Source: Dehalococcoidia bacterium
Lineage (GTDB): Bacteria; Chloroflexota; Dehalococcoidia; Lucifugimonadales; Australimonadaceae
Direction of reading: 5' to 3'
NCBI GenBank assembly: GCA_965116305.1
Contig: OZ220673.1
Location: 845,705 to 909,704 of the forward strand
DNA length: 64,000 bases
Under the pieces are notes generated by a model. It saw only the letters and a list, made by a program, of their open reading frames with translations, did not search any database and was not told where the DNA came from. How positions within the stretch are numbered: the stretch's first letter is position 1; every line of letters starts with the position of its first letter. The translations under genes and the position numbers were made by a program. Shown here in pieces: positions 38,227 through 47,175 of the stretch.

Positions 38227-40311
38227 TTACCGCCCGAGAAGCCAATCGAGTATAACGCGGTCAGGCCAGATGACGTGCATGATTGCGTCCAGGACTCCGA
38301 ACACGACTGCGGCCACGAGCACGCCGGGCACCAGCGCCCACAGCCGCTTGCGGCCTCGCCACTGCAGCGTCGCGAACCCGAAGAGGACCGCGAACGCAAC
38401 GGTGGCGTACTGGAGCCCGACGATGGCGCCGCCGATGACCATGGCGGCGAGCCACGCCGAGATTCCAAGGAACGCGCGGAACGCGACCCGGTCTGTGCCG
38501 GTGCGCATCCCCAGGTCCATGATGTCTACCTGGTCTGAGCGGTACACGTTCATCCGGAACGTCTCGTAGAGGATGAGCGGGATGAGGGCGGCGCTCAGGT
38601 ACAGGGGCAGGAACTTCGCGGCGCCGGTGTTCAGTGCGCTGACGTCCACGAGGAATGCGATGACCACGGCAAGCATCGCGAAAGGGAAGAGCGAGTCCCA
38701 CGTCCACCGGGGACGCGGTTGGCCTAGGAGCCTCCTGCCCCATCCGGAGGCGACAGCTGCCGGGGGGCCGTCTCCCGAGCCGCCCTGCACCGGTGGGACT
38801 CCTCCCTGCTGCGAGGCGGCCGTAGCGATCTGCGCGACCGCGGTCCCCCTCGACATCGCCTTCGTCAGATAGATGACGCTGACGATCGCGAAGATGAGCA
38901 GGATGATCGAGATGGGCCGCGTGAGCATCCCCAACGGGCCGAACACGCCCACCGCCGTCCACAGGTTCTTCTCGATGATCGGCCCCAGGATGAAGCCGAG
39001 GATGAACGGAGGACGCGGCCAGCCAAGCCACTTCATCGCGAGGCCGAGCATCCCCGCGCCGATGAGGACGAGGATGTCGCCCCACGCCGTCGTCGACTGG
39101 AACGCCGCGATGAACACCAGCGGGAACAGCGCGGCCGCCAGCAGCGGGTAGGGCACCAGCGTCACCTTGGCGATCTGGCCCGTCGCCACCGTCCCCAGCA
39201 TCGTGATGAGCAGGTTGCCCAGCGCCAGCGTCACCACGATCGCCACCATCACGTCCAGGTGCTGGTCGAGCATCCCCAGGCCGGGCGCGATGCCGTAGAA
39301 GAGGAGCCCGACGAGCACGATGGCCCACGACGAGCCGCCGGGGATGCCGAACGCCAGCGTGGGGATCGCCTGCCCGCCCTCCTTCGAGTTCTGCGCCGAC
39401 TCGGCGAACAGGACGCCGTCCAGCGACCCCCTGCCGAACCCCGTCTTGTCCTTCGACAGCGCGATGCCGAACGCGTACGAGAGCCAGTCGATGACGGCGC
39501 TCCCGATCCCCGGTATCGCCCCCATGAACACGCCGAACAGGCTCTGGCGGATGGCCACCCGCCACTTGCTCGCGCCGTATCGTGCGCCCGACAGCACTTC
39601 CCTGGTATTGACGGTGCCCGGCTGGGAGACCGGACGCCCCGTCATGGTCAGGTCGATCAGCTCAGGCAGCGCGAAGAAGCCGATGAGCGTCGGGATGAGC
39701 GGGAGCCCGTCCAGCAGGTAGATCTGTTCGAAGGTGAGCCGTGGCAGGCCCTGGATGCCGTCGGTGCCGATCGTGCTGACCAGAACGCCGAGCAGTCCGG
39801 AGATGAGGCCCTTGATCATCGCGCCCCGGCTCAGGACGGACACCATCAGCACGCCGAACATCGCCATCGCCGCGATCTCGGGGAACGAGAACCGGACGAG
39901 TATGGGGCGCATGAACGGGATCATCGCGAGCAGCGCTATCGCGCCTACCACGCCTCCGATGGCGGACACTGCGTAGATGGCGCCCAGCGTATGGGCGGCC
40001 CGTCCCCGCATCGCGAGCTGGTGCCCTTCGAGGAACGTGACCTGCGTCGCGGCGCCCGGGTAGCCCAGCAGGACGGCGGGCACCGAGTCCAGCGTGTTGT
40101 TCAGTCCGCCGAGGGCCGCGAGGAAGATGATGCCGGCGGTGGGGTTGTCGCCGAAGTTGAACAGCAGGAACGGGATGGCGATGGCGGCGATGGTCGTGCT
40201 GCCGAGGCCGGGGATGAGGCCGATCGTTCCCAGCAGCACGACGGCCAGCACCAGCATCGTCCAGTAGAGCGGGTCTCCGAGGAACCCCAGGGCGGCAATG
40301 TACTCGGCCAC
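38227..40311 (-). CDS. tctA: Tripartite tricarboxylate transporter permease TctA with a C-terminal TctB-like extension
   Basis: GLIPGLG, PAVLLGYPG, ESAQNSKEGGQAIPTLAFGIPG, PFILGFILGP; about 150 extra hydrophobic residues at the C-terminus. Confidence 0.88.
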   Translation of the reverse strand: MAEYIAALGFLGDPLYWTMLVLAVVLLGTIGLIPGLGSTTIAAIAIPFLLFNFGDNPTAGIIFLAALGGLNNTLDSVPAVLLGYPGAATQVTFLEGHQLAMRGRAAHTLGAIYAVSAIGGVVGAIALLAMIPFMRPILVRFSFPEIAAMAMFGVLMVSVLSRGAMIKGLISGLLGVLVSTIGTDGIQGLPRLTFEQIYLLDGLPLIPTLIGFFALPELIDLTMTGRPVSQPGTVNTREVLSGARYGASKWRVAIRQSLFGVFMGAIPGIGSAVIDWLSYAFGIALSKDKTGFGRGSLDGVLFAESAQNSKEGGQAIPTLAFGIPGGSSWAIVLVGLLFYGIAPGLGMLDQHLDVMVAIVVTLALGNLLITMLGTVATGQIAKVTLVPYPLLAAALFPLVFIAAFQSTTAWGDILVLIGAGMLGLAMKWLGWPRPPFILGFILGPIIEKNLWTAVGVFGPLGMLTRPISIILLIFAIVSVIYLTKAMSRGTAVAQIATAASQQGGVPPVQGGSGDGPPAAVASGWGRRLLGQPRPRWTWDSLFPFAMLAVVIAFLVDVSALNTGAAKFLPLYLSAALIPLILYETFRMNVYRSDQVDIMDLGMRTGTDRVAFRAFLGISAWLAAMVIGGAIVGLQYATVAFAVLFGFATLQWRGRKRLWALVPGVLVAAVVFGVLDAIMHVIWPDRVILDWLLGR

Positions 40312-40349
40312 GCTGCCTGACTCCTTAGGCGCTGAGTGTTAATGCCAGC

Positions 40350-40382
40350 GATGAGCAGCTGCGCTTGCCACAGCTGCTCATC
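40350..40382. other. Intercistronic 12-bp hairpin between the binding-protein and permease genes
   Basis: gatgagcagctg-N9-cagctgctcatc perfect stem. Confidence 0.65.
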
Positions 40383-40393
40383 AACTCGCACGT

Positions 40394-41599
40394 CTACTGC
40401 GGAAGGAACTGCGTGTACACCGCCTTGATCTCGTCAGCGTTCGCAGCCCAGTTCTCCAGTTCCGCGTCCACGACCTCAGGCGCAAGCCTGCCGCCCTGGT
40501 CGACCGGCAGACCGACGAGGCTCTCGTAGATCTCCTGGTACTCGGGGTCGTTGAACATGTCGTCGAACGCCTTGCGCAGCACTGCCAGCACCTCTGGCTC
40601 GATCGTCTTCGGCGTGAAGAGGCCGCGGTAGAACGCCGTGTCCTCCAGGTTCATGCCGGACCAGATCGCTATCTGCTCGTCCGTCAGCAGCTCGCTGATG
40701 TGTGGGAGGTCGTCCGGAACGTCTATCTCGCCGTTGTTGGCGAAGACGTCCTTCGAACCCAGCATGGCGAACGGCTCCACGACGCCGTCGGCGAACCAGC
40801 CCGGACGCGAGCCGGGTGTCCGGTACCACGCGCTGCCGGAGATGTAGCTGTCGGCGTCGCCGCGGTCGAACGTCGTCAGGAAGGCCGCGAACCCGGAGCC
40901 GATCCCGTACAGCGGCCGCATCGGCAGGTCGAGCCATTGGGCCAGCGCCAGCGCCTTCGCCGTGCCTGTTTCGGACTCGGTGTTCAGGCCAACGGTGAAC
41001 TCTTCCGTGCCGCCCGATGCCTCCTGGATGCGGCTGTACGGAGCGTCGCCGGAGACGATCCACATCGTCGTCCGCTGCATGATGCCGCCGACCGACGTGT
41101 AGTCGCGGAAGTCGTAGCGCACGCCCGGACGCAGGATCTGCGAGATGGGGTTCGCGCCGGTGTTGGCCAACAGCCAGAGGCCGTCGCCCTGGGCGTTCTC
41201 GTGCCACCAGTTCCCGCCGACCGTGCCGGCTGCGCCGTCCTTGTTGACGACGATGGACTTCGGGTTGCCGGGGATGTACCGCGGCAGCACCCGCGAGACT
41301 GCCCGCGCGTGCGCGTCGATGCTGTTGCCGGGGTCCCATGCCACCACGATCCGCACCGTCTTGCCGGAGAAGTAGGCCTCCGCGTCGAACGACGGCGCAG
41401 GGACCGGTGTGGGTGTCGCCGGTGCGCTCGGCTCAGCCGTCCCTGACGGTGCGGCAGGCGCCGGCGTTGGCGTCGCGGTCGGCGGCACCGGTGTGGGCGT
41501 CGCGGTCGGGTCGCTGCCGCAAGCGGCGAGCGCCGTCACCAGACCGGCGGCGAGAGCCAGCCCTGTAAGGAGTCGCCACATCCTGTTTCGCTTTCTCAT
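40394..41599 (-). CDS. TctC/Bug-like substrate-binding lipoprotein
   Basis: Start MRKRN (41599); lipobox LAAC; Pro/Thr linker; YFSGKTVRIVV, IPGNP, NKDGAAG. Confidence 0.82.
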   Translation of the reverse strand: MRKRNRMWRLLTGLALAAGLVTALAACGSDPTATPTPVPPTATPTPAPAAPSGTAEPSAPATPTPVPAPSFDAEAYFSGKTVRIVVAWDPGNSIDAHARAVSRVLPRYIPGNPKSIVVNKDGAAGTVGGNWWHENAQGDGLWLLANTGANPISQILRPGVRYDFRDYTSVGGIMQRTTMWIVSGDAPYSRIQEASGGTEEFTVGLNTESETGTAKALALAQWLDLPMRPLYGIGSGFAAFLTTFDRGDADSYISGSAWYRTPGSRPGWFADGVVEPFAMLGSKDVFANNGEIDVPDDLPHISELLTDEQIAIWSGMNLEDTAFYRGLFTPKTIEPEVLAVLRKAFDDMFNDPEYQEIYESLVGLPVDQGGRLAPEVVDAELENWAANADEIKAVYTQFLPQ

Positions 41600-41699
41600 G
41601 AGGCCCTCCTGTCCTGATTTCGTCACCGAGTCCGGCGCTGGGCGCATGATGAACACCGCACTCCCGCGTGTCAAGACGAACACACCGGTTTCGAGGGGA

Positions 41700-42776
41700 C
41701 TAGTCCCGCTCATCTTCCAGGAACCATTCGGTCGGGAGTTCGCGTCCCAGTCCGGCCTCTTTCGCCAGCTCGTACGTCCGGTAGGCAACCGCGGCGAACT
41801 GCAGCCCGGAGCCCGGCACGTTGTAGTAGCAGGTCAACTGGTCGTCGCTCGTGCGTCCCGGGGCCTTCCCCGACACGAGATCGGCAAGCGTCGGAGAGTC
41901 GCTGCGGTCTACGCCCCGGTAGGAGCTGTCGAAGTGCCCGGCCGGCAACCCCGAGTACTCTTCGTCTCCGCCGACGAAGAAGCCCTCGGCGCCGCCGTTG
42001 TTGTGGCGCACCACGACGTCGAACTTCTCGACCGTCGCGGGCGGCAGCTCCTTCGGCACGACGGGAGTCACGTGCATCCCGGCCCTGACGTACTGCGGGT
42101 GGATGATGGGCTGCGCCGAGTCGGTGCACCCCGCAACGATGTCCGTTCCCTCGGTGACCTGGTCCGGGCTGTCCACCGCGATGACGTTGATGTCCAGCTT
42201 GTCGCTCATCTCGGCTGCGTACTTCTCCCGGTTCGCGCGCGTGGGGCTGTAGACCTTGCAGTAGTCGATCTTGCGCACCTTGGCGAACGCTTCAAGGTAC
42301 GTCCGCGCCATCCCGCCCGAGCCGAACATGCCGACCGACGTGGCGTTCTCTCGCGCCATGTAGTTCGCCGCGACGCCCGCCGTCGCGCCGACGCGCATGT
42401 GCTGGATGTGGCCGTCGTTCAGGATGGCCAGCGGCTCGCCGTTCCACACGCTGAACAGCATGATGATGCCGCAGTACTTGCCCGGCTCGACGCAGTACTT
42501 GTCGAGCGTCTGGCCGTCGGCCTCCCACGGGTAGTGCATGATGTCCGACTTGAACCGCATCGCGAACACGCCCAGGCGGCGGCTCGCGCCCTGCAGCGTG
42601 CCGAACACATAGTACTTCTCGTCGCCGACGGGCACCCACACGTCCCAGCGGCCTCCCGGAGGAGCGGTCACCGCTTCCTTGTTCGCGAGGTCCTTGTACG
42701 CGGTGTCCAAATACTCCAGGCAGTCGTCCATCGTCAGGACGCGCCGCGCTTCTTCCGTGTTGATGAGCAGAGTCAC
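41700..42776 (-). CDS. Ornithine cyclodeaminase / mu-crystallin family protein
   Basis: GEPLAIL, MRVGAT, GMFGSGGMA, GSGLQFAA. Confidence 0.85.
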   Translation of the reverse strand: MTLLINTEEARRVLTMDDCLEYLDTAYKDLANKEAVTAPPGGRWDVWVPVGDEKYYVFGTLQGASRRLGVFAMRFKSDIMHYPWEADGQTLDKYCVEPGKYCGIIMLFSVWNGEPLAILNDGHIQHMRVGATAGVAANYMARENATSVGMFGSGGMARTYLEAFAKVRKIDYCKVYSPTRANREKYAAEMSDKLDINVIAVDSPDQVTEGTDIVAGCTDSAQPIIHPQYVRAGMHVTPVVPKELPPATVEKFDVVVRHNNGGAEGFFVGGDEEYSGLPAGHFDSSYRGVDRSDSPTLADLVSGKAPGRTSDDQLTCYYNVPGSGLQFAAVAYRTYELAKEAGLGRELPTEWFLEDERD

Positions 42777-42918
42777 GAGTCACCTCCTCCAGCGGCTTCG
42801 CGTATGCCTCCTGTTACCGGCGGCGTCATCATGCGCCTGCCTCGGACGATGCGCAAGGCCGCGATGAGCGGGGCAGGGGCGCCGGTGCGCGCGCTGCCGC
42901 ATGACGTAGAATCCGCCC

Positions 42919-43935
42919 ATGATCATCGACGTCCACGGCCACTACACGACCGCTCCGCGCCAGTTGCGCGAATGGCGCGCCCGCCAGATCGAGAGCGCCG
43001 GACGCCCCTTCACCGAGCCGCTGTCGATCAGCGACGACGAGATACGCGAGACCATCGAGAACGGCCAGCTCAGGCTCCAGCGCAATCGCGGAACGGACGT
43101 GGCGCTCTTCTCGCCGACCGCGGGCGGGATGGGGCATCACTTCGGCGACGCCCGCACGAGCATCCAGTGGAGCCGCACCGTGAACGACCTCGTCCATCGC
43201 GTCTGCACGATGTTTCCGGACAACTTCATCGGCGTCTGCCAGCTCCCGCAGTCGCCGGGCGTCTCGCCGACGGAGTGCATCGCGGAGCTCGACCGCTGCG
43301 TCAACGAGTTGGGGTTCGTCGGCTGCAATCTCAACCCCGACCCGACCGACGGCTACTGGACCGACCCGCCGCTGACCGACCGTTGGTGGTACGGGCTCTA
43401 CGAGCGCATGGTTGAGCTGGAAGTCCCCGCGATGGTCCACGTCAGCATGTCCTGCAACCCGAACTTCCACGGGACGGGCGCGCACTACCTGAACGGCGAC
43501 ACGACGGCCTTCATGCAGTTCCTCCTGTCGGACCTGTTCAGGGACTTCCCGACGCTCAGGTTCGTGCTTCCCCACGGCGGCGGGGCCGTCCCGTTCCACT
43601 GGGGCCGCTACCGGGGCATCGCGCAGGACATGGGCAGGCCGCCCCTCGACGAGCTGCTGCTCCCCAATCTCTACTTCGACACCTGCGTCTACCACCAGGA
43701 GGGCATCGACTTCCTCGTCAAGGTGATGGGCGCGCCCAACGTCATCTTCGCCTCCGAGATGATCGGCGCCGTGCGCGGCGTCGACCAGCGGACAGGCCGC
43801 TACTTCGACGACACCAAGCCGTACGTCGATGCCGTCCCCGGCATCACCGAGGCCGAGAAGCGCCGGATATTCCAGGACAACGCGCTGGAGGCCTACCCCC
43901 GCCTGCAGAGCAGGCTGGGCGTCACTCCTGTTTGA
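42919..43935 (+). CDS. ligJ: 4-oxalomesaconate hydratase (LigJ-like amidohydrolase)
   Basis: MIIDVHGHYTTAP, CQLPQSPG, NLNPDP, HGGGAVP.HWGRYRG, FASEMIGAVRG, YFDDTK. Confidence 0.88.
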   Translation: MIIDVHGHYTTAPRQLREWRARQIESAGRPFTEPLSISDDEIRETIENGQLRLQRNRGTDVALFSPTAGGMGHHFGDARTSIQWSRTVNDLVHRVCTMFPDNFIGVCQLPQSPGVSPTECIAELDRCVNELGFVGCNLNPDPTDGYWTDPPLTDRWWYGLYERMVELEVPAMVHVSMSCNPNFHGTGAHYLNGDTTAFMQFLLSDLFRDFPTLRFVLPHGGGAVPFHWGRYRGIAQDMGRPPLDELLLPNLYFDTCVYHQEGIDFLVKVMGAPNVIFASEMIGAVRGVDQRTGRYFDDTKPYVDAVPGITEAEKRRIFQDNALEAYPRLQSRLGVTPV

Positions 43936-43936
43936 T

Positions 43937-44128
43937 CCCCTCTCCCTCAAGGGGAGAGGGTTAGGGTGAGGGTGCTGTGGGGGTAGGACGGAGCGGAGTG
44001 CCTGCCCACCTCTCCCCAAGGGAGAGGTCGCCGCCTCTGGCGGCGGGTGAGGGTTGCGTACGCGACAGCGGAGCCCGCGCTTTAGCGCGTCCCTTCCCCC
44101 TCGACGGGGGAAGGTTAGGATGGGGGTG
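43937..44128 (+). repeat. Mosaic palindromic repeat cluster
   Basis: A' (ggggagagggttagggtgaggg), A, cgcgctttagcgcg and cccttccccctcgacgggggaagg modules. Confidence 0.9.
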
Positions 44129-44159
44129 TACGCGAGAGGTTGCAAAGAGGAGGGAACCG

Positions 44160-45062
44160 ATGGGCACGCTCAGAGTCCTGTGGCGCGACGCCGACCGCCT
44201 GCCGTACCTCTACACCGTGCGGCACGCCGCCGCGGCCTACGGCACGGAGGTCGTCCTGGAGCGGCCCGAAGGCCGCGAGTACGCCGAGTTGCTGTTCGAC
44301 GGCAGGGGAGAGGTGCTCGCCGAGAACTACTGGAACCAGCAGCTCAACCGCGCGAAGGGCATGCCGCTCGTATCGATCGCGGCGGCCGTCACCACCATCA
44401 ACGAGCGGCTCTATGTGCGCCCCGGAGTCGCGAGTCTTGACGAACTGCGCGGCAAACGCATCGCCATTCGCGACGCCCGCCCTACCAACCTCATCGACCC
44501 GCTCTGGCTCCGGCGCGCCGGGCTGACCGATTTCGAGCTCGCCCTCGTGCCGGACTCGGAGGGTCGGTGGATGCCCTGGCAGCGTGTCGTGGCCGGAGAC
44601 TGCGAAGCGGCCGTCGTCACCAACCTCTTCTCGGACGCGGCGGTCGAAGCGGGACTCGTGCCGCTCGACATCGGCTCATTCGGCTTCCTGGGCGGGGTCG
44701 TCTACACCACGTCGGAGGAGCTGCTCGAGAGCCGTGCCGGGGACATGGAGAACCTCGTTCGCGCCGCGTTCGATGCCGCGAGGCTGTTCAAGGAGGACAA
44801 GCAGGCGGTGCTCGACGTGATGACCTCCATCCCGGACGGGCTGATGACGGGGCGGGGCGCCACGATAGACACCCCCGAGGAGCGCGAGACCGTCTACGGC
44901 CACCTCGCCGGAGAATTGGCAGACCCGCCGGTGCCGATGCCGCACGCCATCGCCAACTTCTACGACATGGCTGTCGACGAGTTCCCGGAGCTGGCCGGCT
45001 TCAACCCGCTGCAGATGTGGGACCTCCGCATCGCCGTCCGCGTCATGGAAGAACGCCGTTGA
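44160..45062 (+). CDS. Type II periplasmic-binding-fold protein (NMT1/SsuA-like) without a signal peptide
   Basis: ATG 44160 after GAGGAGG; SLDELRGKRIAI motif; no hydrophobic N-terminus. Confidence 0.7.
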   Translation: MGTLRVLWRDADRLPYLYTVRHAAAAYGTEVVLERPEGREYAELLFDGRGEVLAENYWNQQLNRAKGMPLVSIAAAVTTINERLYVRPGVASLDELRGKRIAIRDARPTNLIDPLWLRRAGLTDFELALVPDSEGRWMPWQRVVAGDCEAAVVTNLFSDAAVEAGLVPLDIGSFGFLGGVVYTTSEELLESRAGDMENLVRAAFDAARLFKEDKQAVLDVMTSIPDGLMTGRGATIDTPEERETVYGHLAGELADPPVPMPHAIANFYDMAVDEFPELAGFNPLQMWDLRIAVRVMEERR

Positions 45063-45086
45063 CACGCATCCTGCCGGGGCTATAGT
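45059..45086 (+). promoter_or_regulatory. sigma70-type promoter of the Rieske oxygenase gene
   Basis: TTGACA-N16-TATAGT, 50 nt before ATG 45137. Confidence 0.55.
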
Positions 45087-45136
45087 GGCAGCCGTCATGT
45101 ACTGCCGGGAGAAGTGAACGCCAGCGGAGGTGCGCC

Positions 45137-46381
45137 ATGTCTATCGCCGAGGACAACGAGATCCTGACCCGCGTGGGACGCGGTACGCCGATGGGCGAGC
45201 TGTTCCGCCGCTACTGGATACCGGCGCTGCTCTCCGAGGAGTTGCCGGAGCCGGACTGCGCTCCGGTGCGCGTCAAACTGCTCAACGAGAACCTCGTCGC
45301 CTTCCGCGACAGCAACGGCAGGGTGGGGCTGCTGGGCGAGTACTGCTCGCACCGCAGGGCGTCGCTCTTCTACGGACGAGTGGAGGATTGCAGCATCACG
45401 TGCGTCTACCATGGCTGGAAGTACGACGCGGACGGCACGGTGCTGGACATCCCCGCCGAGCCGGAGACCAGCAGGCTGAAGGACACCATCCAGCACAAGT
45501 CGTATCCGTGCGAGGAGCGCAACGGCGTTGTGCTCACCTACATGGGGCCGAAGGACAAGATGCCGCTGGTGCCCAACCTGCCGTGGTTCACCCTGCCTCG
45601 CGACCACGTCGTCGTCGGCAGCAAGCTCTTCCTCGAGTGCAACTGGCTCCAGGCGCTGGAGGGTGACAACGACAGCATCCACTCGGCGTACCTCCACCGG
45701 CGCATCTCCGGCGAGGGAGACCCCATGAACCAGGCGCGCAGGCGTCCGGCGCGCGTCGCCATCGACAGGCTGCCGTGGGGCGTCCGCGCCGCGACTATCT
45801 ACCCGTACGACGACTCCCGGGAGATGGTGCGCACCAACACCTTCCTCATGCCGTGCATCGGCAACACGCCGCGCGGCGACTCGCCCAACGGCTACAACGA
45901 GGCCGTGCACACCATCTACCAGGTGCCTGCGGACGACTACACCAACTGGCGCTACGACTTCGAGGTCTGGTGGGACAAGAGCGTCGACGACTCGTACGCC
46001 CGGAGTGACCGCGCCGAGGTGGGGCCCGACTTCATGAGCTACTACACCCGCGCTAACAACTACCGGTTGAGCCGCGAGGAGCAGAAGTCGGGCGACTACT
46101 GGTCCGGGGTCGCCGCCCGCAACCACACGCAGGACAAGATGGTGACCGAGAGCATGGGCGCCATCAGCGACAGGAGCCAGGAGAACCTCGGCGCCAGCGA
46201 CATGCACATCATCGCGATGCGCCGCTTCATGCTCGAGGCCGTGCGCACGATGGCGGAGGGCGGCGACCCGCCGGGCCTCGCCTGGACGCCCGAGGAGAAC
46301 CAGCCCCACGACTACCCCTACATGATCACCTCGGTCCTCCCCACCGGCGCCGACTGGAAAGAGTGCCTCCCCAAGGTCTAG
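45137..46381 (+). CDS. Rieske non-heme iron oxygenase alpha subunit (phthalate 4,5-dioxygenase/LigXa-like)
   Basis: GTPMGELFRRYW, CSHR and CVYHGWKY Rieske ligands, CNWLQALEG..D..H...LH, LGASD. Confidence 0.9.
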   Translation: MSIAEDNEILTRVGRGTPMGELFRRYWIPALLSEELPEPDCAPVRVKLLNENLVAFRDSNGRVGLLGEYCSHRRASLFYGRVEDCSITCVYHGWKYDADGTVLDIPAEPETSRLKDTIQHKSYPCEERNGVVLTYMGPKDKMPLVPNLPWFTLPRDHVVVGSKLFLECNWLQALEGDNDSIHSAYLHRRISGEGDPMNQARRRPARVAIDRLPWGVRAATIYPYDDSREMVRTNTFLMPCIGNTPRGDSPNGYNEAVHTIYQVPADDYTNWRYDFEVWWDKSVDDSYARSDRAEVGPDFMSYYTRANNYRLSREEQKSGDYWSGVAARNHTQDKMVTESMGAISDRSQENLGASDMHIIAMRRFMLEAVRTMAEGGDPPGLAWTPEENQPHDYPYMITSVLPTGADWKECLPKV

Positions 46382-46417
46382 CAGACTCCCTCCTCTGACG
46401 GAGAGACCCCTCTCTCC

Positions 46418-46757
46418 GTCATTCCTGCGAAGGCAGGAATCTCGCCTGGTGTAGGGGTACCCCTTGTGGGCGCCCTTCGCTCACCTCTCCCCGGGGGAGA
46501 GGTCGCCGCGCGACAGCGGCGGGTGAGGGTGGACCGACGCGGGGCGCAGCCCCCGTCATTCCCGCGCAGGCGGGAATCCAGTGTGACCATCAGGTCACGA
46601 GGAGGTGTGGTGCGTGGAGGGGGTTCGTCATTCCTGCGAAGGCCCGCGCTTTAGCGCGCAATCTCGCCTGGTGTAGGGGCACCCCTTGTGGGCGCCCTGT
46701 TCCGGCCCCTCTCCTGAGGGAGAGGTCGTCGTGCGGCAGCGCGGCGGGTGAGGGCCC
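46418..46757 (+). repeat. Mosaic palindromic repeat cluster with an internal tandem duplication
   Basis: Two B-GTAG-A units (46418-46529, 46627-46754) separated by attcccgcgcaggcgggaat. Confidence 0.92.
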
Positions 46758-46771
46758 TGCGGCGCTACGCC

Positions 46772-47131
46772 TTACTCCCGGCTGGGCCCGACGCGCACGT
46801 CCCGGAGGTTCGGGTCGCTGGCGGCGACGTGCAGCAGTTGCAGCGGCTCCGTCCCCGAACTCTCGAACCAGTACTTGAAGCCGTGGGGCATGACGACCCC
46901 TTCCTGCGGCCCCAGCTCGGCCAGCACGACGTCGCCCTCGCCGTAGAACCTCGCGGCGCCCTGGATGACCATGAAGAACCCGTCGCTCACCGTGTGGCTG
47001 TGGAGCTTGTTCTCGCCGCCCTCTTTCACGAGCTGCATGTCCGCCCACAGCCTGTCAGTGTGGCAGAGGGGCGTCAGGTTCTTCGCGCGGTCGTTGTCCG
47101 GACGCTCGTAGCTGAATCGTTGTATCTCCAT
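46772..47131 (-). CDS. Cupin domain protein
   Basis: Start MEIQRF (47131); GGENKLHSH...G.ARFY...PHGFKYWF. Confidence 0.8.
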   Translation of the reverse strand: MEIQRFSYERPDNDRAKNLTPLCHTDRLWADMQLVKEGGENKLHSHTVSDGFFMVIQGAARFYGEGDVVLAELGPQEGVVMPHGFKYWFESSGTEPLQLLHVAASDPNLRDVRVGPSRE

Positions 47132-47175
47132 GCGCTGCAACCTCCCTCGTTCGCTGATCGGGAGTGGCGGAGACC

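Noticed and set aside
41400-41510. Pro/Thr-rich low-complexity repeats in lipoproteins (also about 55815-55880)
   Set aside because: These are ordinary flexible linkers after the lipobox, not a separate repeat element.
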